Of a stretch of DNA of 64,000 nucleotides, positions 1 to 12,430 are shown piece after piece (position 1 is the first letter of the stretch; each line of letters starts with the position of its first letter). Origin of the DNA: Raillietiella orientalis (Eukaryota); the NCBI GenBank assembly GCA_036172245.1, contig JAYWIR010000001.1, forward strand, positions 6,014,001 to 6,078,000. Reading direction: 5' to 3'. Under the pieces are notes generated by a model. That model was not told where the DNA came from. It ran no database searches and saw only the letters and a program-made list of their open reading frames with translations. The position numbers and the translations under genes are program-made.

Positions 1-444
1 CAAGTAAGGTCGAAGCAAATAACGTGAGCCATTTACAAATCAGCGGAAAGACTGCTTTTGTTTTTTTCTCGCCATTGCCACATCTTTTTTTCTATCAACA
101 TAGTAGATGTTTCCCAGCCAGATTATGGACGCAGCGTGTTCAGAAGAGGTTCAATCTTTCTTTCGATTCAATCTGATCGAACTCCCTCTGTTTTCTCTTT
201 TCTGATGCAAACGTTTTGTCTTTGTGATATCTGGATTTTGAGATCACTTTGAACGCACACGAAGGTCGCCGGGTTTCTCCCAAGTTTTTCGACGACAGCT
301 TTCTTTTCCTAATGGTTCCTCAGGTAAACTGCATCTTTCGATTATTATTTTACTTTTTTTTTTTTTTTCAGCTTCCCCCTTGCACGGGAGGCCGCGGTTA
401 TCCTCCACGGAAAATTTTCTTCCTGGCTTCACTCGAGGAGGGTT

Positions 445-515
445 CGGATTATCCCGTTGCCTTCGGAAGGTACAGTGAGCGCGTGCAGTTCCCGGGTTCG
501 ATTCCACGGGAGTCG
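445..515 (+). mobile_element. Second tRNA-like (B-box) head, degenerate
   Basis: CCCGGGTTCGATTCCACGGG (491-510) has a T-loop consensus with pairing flanks; the A-box is poor. Confidence 0.3.
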
Positions 516-1749
516 TGGAAACGCGTGAATTCCAAAAAGTTCCTCTTCCGTCTGGAGCAGTCTCTTTCGGAGGATCCCACTTTGCCCGGGACGAACCTGC
601 AGTCCCCTCTTGTCCCGCCAATCGCAGGTGTTTCCTCGGATGCACTTCTCCGGGAGGGCTCCGAAAGTTTGCCTCGCGGCGATTTCCTTCCGGGAACGCG
701 GTGGTTCCGCACATCTCGTGGTGTTTGTACGTTTCCTGTCAGGGGCGCGGCAGGCTCCCTAACTGAAACCCCGAAGGGTGGTGACCTTCGTGGCACGAAA
801 GGCCGAACCCCGGACAGACAACGCGTCACCTCCGTTTTTATTCCCGCGATGCGGCGGAATAACATAGGCCACAAAATCTCGGTCCTCTGGAAGCTCCCAT
901 TCCCGTGTGTCTTTGACACCGAGGAAATCAGATCCGGGAGAGAGACTCCCCGTGGCAGCCACTCGCTCTGCACAATGTGAAAATAAGGGGAGTGGGTGGC
1001 GGCGGCAATCGAGGCGATTCCGCTCAGGAGCCAAGATGTGATGTGTAACCGAGCACCGACCCGAACTTCGCGCCGCACGAAAGGAGCACCCTGGGGGAGG
1101 GGCGGGGCATCTCTGGCTAACATCGCGCGAGCTCAGTACCGTACATCGCTGGTGCCACGGCAACCGCGGTGCTGTACACACGTTCCGTTGAATCGCAACG
1201 AACGTGCAACGCGCGGCGAGACATTCGCAAACGAACCGTGGAAAGTCCCGTCGGCCATCCCGAACTTTGGATCCGTGTTTGACGCAGATTCCGGGAGCTC
1301 CAATACGCGCAACTTTTTTTTTTTTTTAACCACTCAGGGGAAACGGCTGAGTTTCCCCATTCAAATCGAATCCTTCTTCTTCTTTTTTTAAATTTGGTTT
1401 GCGATGGAAAGCTTCAAAGTTTGCGTTTCGTTCTGCAACTTTGAAAAGAGTCGTTACGGAGAAGAAGTGCTTGGAATAACCACAGAGGTGCTAACAATAT
1501 TTTCCGTAGAAAAGTAAACGATTTTTTTTTTTTGCTTTTTCAAAGGAAAAAAAATTCTATTTTCGGTTCTTTGCGAGCCGCGAGAGCGACTGAATCATTT
1601 GGTATCGGCTGAATCGAGTTCCGATTCAAAAAACAAAAAAAAAAGGAGAGAGGGAGGGAGGGGCGGGGAAGTCCGTTTCTCCTGAAACGGAAGGAGCGTC
1701 CGGAGAGAGACGCTGCGGCAGTGGGCTCAACCTATCTATCTGATCAACG

Positions 1750-2140
1750 GGATGTTCGGATCCGCGCAGCACGCGCCGGGTGTTCGCAACCGACCGCTCG
1801 CACACCTCCCTCCGGAGGGTGTTTCCCGCCGGTTGCCAGGATGCCGCCCCAAGCCAACCGCGCGCGTCCTCCGGGAGAGCGGGCGAAAACACCCGGCAAT
1901 TCCGCAGCGTGCGGGTGCGCGCGGGTTCGCCATGGAAACGCGCTGCGCTCAGGACCCGTTCGACGTGTCGTGGATGCGGGGCAACCGGCGACGCCCTTGT
2001 ACCACCGGAAGAACGGGGCAGCTCCCCGCCGCACCCCGCCGGAATTCGCGTGTTCCCACTCTTCTCGCCGCACTCCAAGGTGTTTCGGCGTCGACCGCGG
2101 GTGTACGCTGGCGACGACGAAGCCGATCACTACACGTCGC
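1750..2140 (+). mobile_element. Decayed non-LTR RT relic (N-terminal RT region)
   Basis: ORF 1752-2144 has VRNRPLAHL..RLPGCRP (~Q.GFR) followed by AQDPFDVSW..G (~D..KAFD.VW..GL) in the expected order. Confidence 0.35.
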
Positions 2141-3449
2141 TTAGATACGACTATTCCCGCCGTAATCGCTGTTTGTATTCTAAATTTAGCCAAGTAATTT
2201 GCTCAAGCTGATGCACTTCCAAATTTGGAAATGGGAACTTTCGCTGAAATTCAATATTCATCATCGGTAATTCTTTCGAAGCCTCGCACGTGGGGTCTCC
2301 AGACCGGCACGCGTTGCACCTGCCTGATTCCGTGGGTGGGGGGAGGGGGGGGGGGTTGAAAAGAGAAGAAAAGAAAAGGAAGAAAAAAAAAAAAAAATGA
2401 AAAGTCCAGTCCAAGGAAGGGCAGGGGCGGCTGACTTGCTTAAAGGATCCGGCGCCGTCGTCAACACGACTGCAGCACGGTTTCCGTACGGGGGGGGGGG
2501 GGAGAGAGAGAGAGAGAGAGAGCTGGCGAAACGGATTCGGAAGCTGGTCAGCTGGTTCTTTTTCCCTTCCCCCACCCCCTTCGGGACGAAGGAGTTACGA
2601 CCCCATGTGGGCACGCGTAGGAAAGATTCGTCGCGCGTTCGCTTCTGGGGAAGAGTTCTCCGGGATTCGGGACGAGCGGCGGGTCCTTTTCCATGGAAAA
2701 TGAGGGAAGGGGAAGGGGGGATAATTAATAATGATAATAATAGTGGAAAAATTGACAAAAAATGATACTGATAATGACGCGTTGCAGGTAGTGGGGACGC
2801 TCCCTCCTTCCCGTGGCCGCCGCTGCGAGGAGGACCTCCGTTCTCCCTCTCCTCGCTGCGGGGTGAACTTTTTTTGGAGCACGGAGACGAGAAATTTAAA
2901 TCATCACCCGCAGCTGCCAGATTTTTTTCCAAGCAAGGGAAACAATTTAGACACACAATTTTTTTTTTTTTTCCCCTGAATTTATCTGACCTAAATTTTC
3001 TTTGCTCGGCGTATTTATTTTCGAACATTTCAGTCCTGGAAATTCCAGAATAGCTTTTAAGAATAAGTTTCAGGGAACAGAACGAGCTCTTCCCGCGCGG
3101 CACGGAGAGGGCCTCCTCGTTTCTCCGTTCATTTTCCGGAAGCGGGGGGGGGGTGTAAACATTTTTCGGGAAAACACACGAATTGGGCATGGGTTTATCT
3201 CGAATCGATTTCCCCCATCCTGTTTTTGCGCCCCTCCTTTGTTGTGTTTTTTTCGAGAGGGAGGGAGGGAGGGAGAGGAGGGGAACAAGAAGGAAGAAAC
3301 CTGCATTCCTTCCGCTCGTCGCGTCCGATGAGGAATTTTTTTTTCCTTGGAAAACCTGGATCCGCTTTTAACACGGATGTCCTCCGTCCGTGCTCGCAGC
3401 AGGCGCGAGCGAAGCGGTGGCGCGCGCCGTTTCCGCTCGACCTCGTGAG

Positions 3450-4215
3450 GGTGGACCGGAAGGCTGGTTCGCTTCGGTTTTGTGGCTCTTCGGCACCAGG
3501 AACAGGATGCAGACGACGGCGGCTGCGTCTTAGGGCAAACGGTGGCGTCATCACCAAAGGCAGCAGGGGAAACCCGCTTACATTCCGTGTGCGCCGTCGG
3601 GCGGAATGGCAGAAAACGGTTTTCGGGCGAAGAAGAGCAAGGCAATCCCCTCCCCTCCCCCTCTCGAAAACCCTGGAAAAGTTGTGTTTCCGTTTCCCGG
3701 AGAGCTCGGTTTCGAGAGCAGGTTGCCGACCCGACCTGGGTCACGAGCGCAGAGAACGTTTTCAGCAACGGAAAGCGAGCGGCAAGAAAAGAAGAGAGAA
3801 GCAGGGAAGGGGATGTCCCCCCTCCTCCCAGCGACACCCAGCATCATCGAAAACCATTGGCATTCGATCCGAATCCACGAGAACGGTTCACGGTTCTTGC
3901 AATGAACTTCCATCCCGTGCCGGGAGCAGCACTTGCCTCCCCGTGCGCTCGCTCTCTCCTTGGATGTTTCGCGCGCGCGCCCGTTCCACCACGTTCAAGC
4001 TGAGTCTGCCTTCGGCGCTCCTGCACACCAGGGAGGACACCGCTAGCGATGACGTCATCTCCGCCAAGCGCGGTGATCTCAGCAACAAGTTGCATCCGCT
4101 CCATCGTCATGGCTCATCACGTGTCGAAGACGCACGCAGTACGAAGAGAGGTCACCCGGCTTGCAGCCGCCAATATGAGGACGGCTGCCAGGTGGATCAG
4201 GTCTTGAGGTCTTGA
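3450..4215 (+). mobile_element. Decayed RTE-like LINE reverse transcriptase in a still-open frame
   Basis: ORF 3226-4215 has ordered degenerate motifs: KGSRGNP (~KKGD), SRAGCRP (~QAGFRP), RSLSPWMF (~QG..LSP.LF), TASDDVI..DLSNKL (~YADD), DGCQVDQV. Confidence 0.55.
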
Positions 4216-4328
4216 GGAAGAAGCGAGAAAGGAGATCGACGGCATTCAGCGCCGGTTCTAAACAGAAGCAACGGCCAAAGCCAAAGATCCCCCCCTCCAG
4301 TATCTTTTTTTGGTATTTTTTTTATACA

Positions 4329-4680
4329 CCGTGGTACCTCGGTACTCGTCGGCAATTCGTTCCGGAACTCGCGACGAGTGCCGAAGCCGACGAGTACCGG
4401 ACGAGTACCGTACCTTGATTAACGCTGACAGTGCGCAGAAAGCACACAAAAAAGGAACGATTCGGGAAGCACTCCGTGGGAGTGTTCGTAATAGGCAGTG
4501 TTCGCGAGCTGCCGCGAGACGAAGACGTTCAGTCGTTTCGTCATGAGGGGAGTGGGGTGTGTCGGGCTCCGAGCATGCGCAGAGTGTCGGAACTTTCTTT
4601 TCTTTTTTTTTTTCCTGTCGAAATGCGACGAGTGCTGAGTTTGACGAGTTCCGACACCGTCGAGTACCGAGGTACCACTG
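4329..4680. mobile_element. MITE with pogo/Tigger-like (Tc1/mariner superfamily) terminal inverted repeats
   Basis: Perfect 18-bp inverted repeat GTGGTACCTCGGTACTCG (4331-4348 and 4661-4678). The right end reads CAGTGGTACCTCGG on the minus strand. Several subterminal GACGAGT motifs; no coding capacity; CA flanks both sides where a TA duplication is expected. Confidence 0.75.
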
Positions 4681-4849
4681 CATTTGTGGTCCCCTCCCTC
4701 CCGCTCCGGACCTTCAGAGTGCCCGACCTGCGTGTCGGGGAACCCTCCCCTTGAACTTCTTTTGTCTTTGTCTGGGAATCGAGTTCCCAGACAGTTTGTT
4801 CATCTTTTCTGGATGGATGCCCTGGCGCAACCGGGTGACGAACCTTGTC

Positions 4850-5400
4850 TGAGCTCCGAGCACTTCTCTACCATCAACGGCGATAGCTCTTTCTATTGCC
4901 AGTCTTCTCGCAATCTTTTCACATCCGGCATGTTTCTGATGAGCGTCGAGATCGAAAGGGCGTGCTTTAGAAACCACCTCATGGTCTTTCAAAACTTATT
5001 TAACCCGCCCCAAGAGACGTCGAGGCGGCAGCAGCTCTTCTGTAGCATCCTTTGATGCATTCCTTACCCAACATTACAGATTTTGTCGCATCTTCTAAAG
5101 CGGAACCAAACGATACCGTACCCAAGCGAGCGCGAAACTTCGGTTTCCATGGCAGACTGAACCGCATCATCTCTGAGCGTTCAGTCTGGAGAAACGGATT
5201 GCTTCTGGATCGCTAGGCGGAAGGCCGGCCCATTTGCTCTCCTTCATCACGACTAGAGTCTTGACGAAGGAAAGCAGACGACCCAGCCTTCTATCGTCAA
5301 GACGATGGCTGAAGATTTCTTGAGCAGGGAAGGCCGCCGTTCGCGAGGACTTCGCTAAGTGGAAGAAAGGTCATTTGAGCATGTGGGAGCACTTGCGGTC
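4850..5400 (+). mobile_element. Decayed RTE-like LINE, 3' part of ORF
   Basis: TINGD.., SVEIERAC (~EI.RRI), QQLFCSIL*CIPY (~LF...LP.L.YG), RRKAGPFA (~RWAGHVA), with stops and frameshifts. Confidence 0.45.
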
Positions 5401-5689
5401 TTGAGACAATTGCATCTGGGCTCCAGAGTCGCAGGATCCTAGATGGGCGCCGGACACATCTTGGATGCTCATCACGATCCTAAGGATCGCGCGCGAAACC
5501 TCCCAAGGATGGATGGGTCCTCCTGATTGCAAAGGCTGCAAGCCAGGGGAACGGGGGTTTCCGGGAAAGTCCCCCCCCCCCCCAATTTCGCGCAAAATCA
5601 CGGGGGAGACATTGAGCTCGCGCAGCATCCACGGCGGTTCTCCGGTCCCAAAGCTGGCAGGAGCACTTTGAAAGAAGAAAAAGCGGAAC

Positions 5690-6400
5690 GAGCACTGCAG
5701 TCACGAGAGGCGGTCAAAAAGCGCAGGCAGGGATCACGGCAAAGAGTTGACCCCGCGTTCTGCTTTCTTTCGGGGACGACAAAGCACCGGAAAGAAGGGA
5801 GACTGACGACTGCCTCCATCGGATACGAGAACGCAAGACTTTCGGAGTTGCACTGCGCCACAAATCGAGGTTACCCGGCCTGCAATCGGAAGTCCAGCGC
5901 CAACACGCTAAATGACGAAAGTTATCAGCCTGCAACCTTTCACCGGTAAGTCACACGCGCACAAAAGTCACCTCCCTATTCTCACTTGTCATCTTACGGA
6001 TGGATGTATTCTACCTAAGAACAACAGCTGTGGAGTGCACCATGAGCGCCGGTCACTTCTGCGGGAAGAGGTGCGCACTCCAAATGACAAGATTCTAGTC
6101 ATGCCGCGGTCAGGAGGGGTTCAGCGACCAAAGAAAGACCCAGGTTGGCATCCTGATGGAAATTAAAGGAGCAATCGGTTGTAAACGACAGATAACTAAC
6201 TACCAGTGGCAAAGCAGGTCTGCCAGTTACATGCGATGCCTCAAGAGACACGCCAGGTCAAACACGGCGATGACTTGTTCTGCAAGTTGTACTGCTGATC
6301 TCCCGATAAAAAACGGGGCACACATGGAAGCCTGGCAGAGTCTCTTCGTGGAAGTACCATCGACACTGCCATTTAACTTCCTGGAATATCGACCCTGAGC
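5690..6400 (+). mobile_element. Decayed RTE-like LINE relic
   Basis: RRQGSRQRVDPAF (~RQG..LSP.LF), VFYLR (~F.YLG), AIGCKR...YMRCLKR (~YGCETW..MRCLRR). Confidence 0.45.
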
Positions 6401-8130
6401 ATAAAACCAAATGAAGATAGAAGATTCAACTTTTTCCGAAGATCGCGAGTCTGTCGAGCCTGTGTGAGAACAGAGACTACGCCACGGGGGGATGAAGAGA
6501 GCGCGCTCAGCTGCAGGGATCGCAAACGCTGATCATACCTTCAGCCATTTATCAGATGTCGGCGTAAAGAAGGCAACTAACAAATTGCAACCGGCGATCG
6601 GAAACACCGAATCTGAAAAAGCAAGGTGGGGCGCCGCAAGTACCTACGTGCAATCCGTGGTGAAGGATAGACGGAAATTCGTTTTTGCCGAAAGCGGCTC
6701 GGGTTCGAGGCCAGTTTTGCGAGTCGGAACAGGCTTTTTTCAAGGACCTTCCGTTTCGATTTGCAGCTTCAGGATGCTCAACGGCTTCTTCCTAGACCGC
6801 TTACGCTACGGCAACTTTTGCTTTGCAGCTGCGGTTTCCCAAAGACATGGTTCATCCTCCTGTCGATGATTTCATTTAAATGCTCAATTATGAAATTTCA
6901 AGTAATTTCCTTTCTTCTTTTACGAACGGTTCTGAACGGGGAACTGATTTCTCTTTCTTGATCTCGAGACCCTTCGTGCAGTGACGAAAGCTCCACCCGA
7001 CGTTGCGCGTTCATCCATCTGCTTGCGTTGTCAGGGTGGAACATGCCTCTTTCATTTTCAACATGATGGGTGGCAACACTGAGCGAATATTTTTCCTGAA
7101 GAGTCGATGCCCCCCCCCCTCCCCACGGTCGTCATTCCCGATTTCTCCTGAGGTAATGCCCGCTGCGTCTGCTCTGATCTTGCAGTTCTCTGAGGACAAG
7201 GCAAAAAGCTCCGTGCACCACCTAAACAAACAACGTTCATTGCATGCTTTGCTGCGTCCGCACACAACTGCAAACAGTCTTCCGTTCTTAAACAAACATC
7301 GGTATTCCTGCATCTCCCGTGCCACTTAATGTTCATTTACGCAAACGACTGTTACACGCACTTGAAACCTTTTTTACTTTTCAACCCAAGCTGCCCGCTA
7401 ACTACTACTCGTTCACTCCTCTTTCCACTCGGTGATTTCATTTACCATTCATTCTATGTAAAAAAAAAAAAAAAAACGTTGCTTATCGATGGTCAATCAT
7501 TTCCTGTTTCCATTCATCGGAGAAGTCAGTCATTTGCTTACAGAAATCCGGTTCTCCTTTATCTTTTTTCCAATTCTTCCCCTTCACGAAAATCATTCTC
7601 TACTTTCTTAATGTATCGTGTAAACGATGTGTTCTCCCTCCGCAACCGAGTTTTTCTTATTTGGGTAATTGATTTATTTTTCCTTAAAGTTTCGTTTGCT
7701 TCGCACCTGAGCGCACTGTCAGCTCCCATGGAAAATGTACATTTGGTGACGAGGATGTTCCACCATCTCTTTGATCTTGGTCAACAGGCCCAGAGGCGAT
7801 CCTCTATTCCAAGCCAGCTCCAGACCGACTGTCGGCTGTCTTAGGTGTTGCATACTTCACTTGCAATTTTCCAAACCTCTCAAAACGGTGTTTTCGGTTG
7901 CGTCTGCCAGTTTTCCACACCTCGGGACGACCGGTGTAAAAAAAACCAAAGTGATCGTCCGACTGCCCCGGTCGGCACCGTCTCTCCGTTCGTCCAGGAT
8001 TCGGGGGGGTGCGTGAACAGAACGCTATCACGACCCAGGAAGTATTTTGTGGACATCGCCACCGCTGTCGGGCTTTTGAAAATGACTTCAATAAAACGAT
8101 TCGTGTTTTCTCCCAAAACCAAGCGATCAT
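6400..8130 (-). mobile_element. Decayed hAT-family transposase relic
   Basis: Minus strand, in order: FFYTG..F...L..KYATP (~FFY..F..L.P.Y..P), LCADAAKHAM (~.TD.A.NM), FLPC (~C..H), FAIPAAERALF (~SIPA.S..ER.FS), SEKVESSIFI (~L..E.V..L.F). Confidence 0.45.
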
Positions 8131-9637
8131 CCTGCTCCTCTAAATTTAAAAAAAAAAAAAAAAAAATGGATTGTCAGAGAGACATTACCGTCCTAATAGA
8201 TTATTCAGTTTACAGGTTGCCTCTTCTAAATTTCTCATGCATTCTCCAATAAGATACGTCAAAAGCGGACAGCGACAATCTTTGTTTTCATCTTCCGTAT
8301 TTGAGGAAACCATTCTCGATCCCACGCACGTGCTTCCAACTATTTCGATACGATTTATAAAAACGATTTTGAGGTTTCACTTCAGTTATTCCATGTCTAT
8401 TTCCTGCTTGCTTATCGTATTAAGTAAATCATGGTCTGAAATTTGTTTCCCTCACACATTATTTCTTACAAAGCAGCAAGCAATCACCTTCGGATCCCGA
8501 AATTCCAGATCACACAAGTTAAGCAAGTACCGGAGAGCATTCTTCAGTCACCCACTACAGATACAGGAAGCTGTAATTTCCAACAGGGAGGAAAACAAAA
8601 ACAAAAAAAACTGACTGCTGACGGCAAGAAAGTAAAGTTACTCCTTGCTACAAATTTCATACTATTCCACAAAAAATAATCTACCAAATGTATGGTTCCT
8701 TTGATACGTGTATTTCTGAAAATGAAGCTGCATCAACTTCAACTTCACACAGCCTCAAGTATCTACTTGCACAGCACTTGATCACTTTTCAAATGTAAAT
8801 TTATCCTTAAATTAAACTTAATTTATGGGATTCAATTTCCCTATTTTACCAGACTTTTACGCAAATCCAAATAGAAAAAAATTCAAATGTAAACAATTGT
8901 TTGCATCAACTGGTTAAAATTGCTACAAAAAAGGAACTATTTCTAATTAATTCCAATTAATTCTTACCAGCTGAACAAATTTCTAATTCATTGAATTTTA
9001 CCTAATAAAGGAAACTTAAAGTCAGATTTATGTGATTAACTGATGCTAAAATCTAAAAAAAATTGATGCTGTGATTACATAAACCCTATTCATTTATTTC
9101 ATTTATTCTTTATGCTCTAAGCTGCGACTTTTACATGTTATTAGATTTTTTAAAATGTTACTAATGCAATGCAGTAGTAGAATTCATGATTCAGCAAGGT
9201 CCAAAATTCAATATATAACAAACTTTTGATTTTAAAACAAATTACATGAAATGCTTCTGTGTGTTATAAATAAGTTTTTTTCCATGATTATAAAGCTAGA
9301 AGCATCCTTAAGCTCGAAACAAAACAGTGGAGAAAATTATGTACGAAGGGAAGTTCATGAAACATACTGTCCCTCCATTTTACCAAAAAGTATACTGCAA
9401 TGCATCTTTGAATACAACACTGATTTCAAACAGCAGAGTGCACACAGTCAATGAAAATACAGTAATTTATCTTGCAAAGAAAATTTCTATTTCAGATTTT
9501 CATCATTTAGAAAACAATCAACAACTCAAAGCATACATGTTTCTAAACAATACATTTGTTTTCAATAGCATATAAAAACAATTCCAAAAATACATATTGC
9601 AGATCATCTGAATTTCAAAATCCAAATACCAGCAACA

Positions 9638-11106
9638 TCAGAGTTCATCTGATACTTTGTTAAAATATTTCAATTTTTTTGAAGGATCTGGTATTATCTG
9701 GAAATATAATTAAAAAGAATGTTTGCACTGAATGATTAAAATATATGAATTGATGCCTACCGTTGGTTTCCCTGGCTTCCAGTCTGCTGGACACACTTCA
9801 CCATGTTCATCAGTATACTTGAGGGCCTGAATCATTCTTAAGATTTCATCTACTGATCGACCCACAGATAAATCATTTACTGTGATTTGCCGAAGAATGC
9901 CATCGGTATCTATAACAAACAATGCCCTGAAAACATATGAATTAAACATAATAATTGTCTTCAAGAATCAATTATCTACCTTTCTGAATGGCCAGCATCC
10001 TCCAAATAAACCCCAAACTTCTTGGAAATTTCATGAGTTGAATCAGAAAGCAAGGGTATATTTATGTTCCCCAATCCACCATCTTTTCTTGAAGTTTTCA
10101 TCCATGCCAAGTGTGTAAAATGAGAATCAACAGAACAAGCAACTACATCGGCACCGTGGGCATTGAATTCCTTAATTCTGTCACTAAATGCAATAATTTC
10201 TGTAGGGCATACAAAAGTGCTGCAAAAAAATTGATCTGTGCAACAGGTGTCCACTTACAAATCCAAGGGATAAAACAATAAAATCAAATAACGTCCTAAG
10301 TAATCAGTTGATCGTATTTCGTGAAATGTTTCATTTATAACTGCCAATGCCTTCCATTTGGGTGTAGGTTGTGCAACTGAAAACATTTGTTCTCAAATCA
10401 GTACTAATTATTTCTGATTACAGAACTTACAATAAAAGCATGAAACAAATACATCTAGTCTTTATTTAAAACTTTCAAGTATACCAATTTTCGGATAGAA
10501 TCTGCTTTCAGTAAGATTGGTTAAATTTTGGACCTTGCACGAGGGGAATTGCAACTGGGAAATTGTTCAACAGAATTTGTGACCGGTACACCCCCTGGCA
10601 CACATAAGTGCGAGAAACACACATACACAACGTATTCTACAGGAAATTAATAACGCACAGTCCTAAAGAAGCATTCATAGTATTTTGCGTAGGATTTTGT
10701 TTCAAACAGTTTTGTTTTTGTTTCAAAGTGTAGGTATTGTTTTTGAAAGCACAGGCCACGTATGCAATTGCAATGGAGGCATCTATGGCTAGCCCACAAA
10801 CACTCACTTCCATATACCGATACATGGTCAATTAGGTGCTTCAAATTAAACTACGCTCTTTACAATTTGTACCTTTGCCTAGTTACGTATTGTATTATAA
10901 AAAAGTTCGTTTTCATAAGCAGCAAAATGATTCTTACTCCGTAATTTACTTGAACTCCACGAGGCTTCTGTGCCTTCCTTTCCTGAAGAACACGAAAACA
11001 AGTTACTTTTAACATAATGGGAAAAGTTTTCGAGTCTACCTGATTGATATAGGATGTAACTCAAAATCAAAACAATGAAAACTTTCATTTGCACGGAAAT
11101 CGCCAT
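9638..11106 (-). CDS. PRDX4: Typical 2-Cys peroxiredoxin, Prx4-type (signal peptide, C-terminal SDEL), ~231 aa, 6 exons
   Basis: Exons (minus) 11106-11040, 10982-10938, 10376-10259, 10219-9980, 9926-9761, 9697-9638; all introns GT-AG and phases consistent (696 nt). Motifs: [48 protein letters not shown]. The N-terminus [13 protein letters not shown] is hydrophobic, and spliced SKLRIAQPTPKW resembles Prx4 SKAKISKPAP.W. The two 5' exons are inferred; the core exons are firm. Confidence 0.9.
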
Positions 11107-11749
11107 TTGTTTATGAAATTACCATGACAACACAAGCACACACTTTATGAAGAGGTTGTTTCTTATCATGTATAGAATACATCAGTCCCAAACGATAAAA
11201 TTAATTCAACATTCCCTACCCTTAAGTCAATGCAGTTCACATCAGCTTTTTAGGTAAGCTCATTTCTACCTTCACTCATTTTTAAAAAAAATTGAAAATT
11301 AGTAAATGCATACATATTTGTTTCATGCCTAGTCTCAGCTAACTGTACTGAAGTGTTTAATAATACTATTTGCATTCGTACGTATATGTAAACATGATGC
11401 TCATGTTAAGCACTTATCAATCGATTTGAACACAATGATGGTTTTTTTGTTTTTCTTTTTAATTATTATATGAAACCAATGAAATCTAAAGTGGTTGTGC
11501 TTTGAAAAATGAGTGCATTGGGTTTCCAGTTTGCTTTCCTCGCAAATGGTTTTTACTTGCCGACTTCACGTGTTCGATCACTGTTTTCAAGGAAACAGGA
11601 AGTGTATTTTCGATTTCTGCAGCCAGGAACGATTGTCATTACACATAATGCGTACACGTGATGGCGAGCCATAGGTATTTACGTACCCTCGCTGAGGCAT
11701 TTCAACGAAGGATTCTGTTGTCTTCACCTTGCTATTAGTGCTGTTCAAC

Positions 11750-12430
11750 ATTCGAGCCATAGAGTTATAGCTGGATGTTCACCACTGGTAAAAACCAGAC
11801 GACAGGAAACTTCGACGAAATGTCCGACGAGAGCCTCTCGATTTTTCATTAATAGAGCGGTGGGAAGAGTAGGTCCGGCGCCTTGTCGACCAAGATCTGG
11901 CAGAGAGAGTGCTTTTTCCTCCCTGATGGCCAACTCACATCCTTATCTGGCTTTTGCCATTTGCACTGCTTCAGTGCTGATGGGAGTCTCGATCTCTGTT
12001 GGAATTATCTGTAATCATAAAGTGGCAAATTTTTGTCTTTTCTTGCATTAGGCATGAGTGATGCTGCGCTCCCTAAACTGTTGGTGTGCAACACTCAGCT
12101 TCTGGATGCTTCCTTGAATCCCTTTTCTTGGTATTTATTCACGCTTTCTTCAGTAGGCGTTTATAGTTGTTCAGCAATTTGTACAAGATCCTTCAATTTA
12201 CGCTCTGTTTTTCCACAGAGAGAGAGAGAGAGAGAGAGAAGATCTATGAAGGTAATTCCAAGCTTAGTTCAGAATATCGATAAGCTTTCCCCGTTTAAAA
12301 GCATTTGTCGTGGCATATTTGAGTGCAGATTTGTCTTTTCACTTCTCATTTTCTTGTCATATGCAATAGCAGGTTTCAACAGCAGATTTTTAAGCTGTGA
12401 GCAACGAGTAATAGCGCTATGAAAGAGCGA
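11750..12430 (-). mobile_element. Decayed RTE-like LINE, 3' part
   Basis: MLLNGESLSIF*TKLG (~LNG..LE.V...YLG), *VGHQG (~WAGHV), SRGSRRTF (~RGRP..RW); interrupted by a (GA)n run at ~12217-12239. Confidence 0.45.

Noticed and set aside
4370..4412. Repeated GACGAGT units resembling a CRISPR-like array
   Set aside because: 7-bp motifs with irregular short spacing inside a MITE, in a eukaryotic context with no cas genes.
4936..4960. CTGATGA...GAAA hammerhead-ribozyme-like core
   Set aside because: Stem II cannot form beyond one pair, and the site lies within a LINE relic.
5500..5585. GPP..PGERGFPG collagen-like peptide
   Set aside because: Only about three Gly-X-Y triplets, with no splice-supported continuation.
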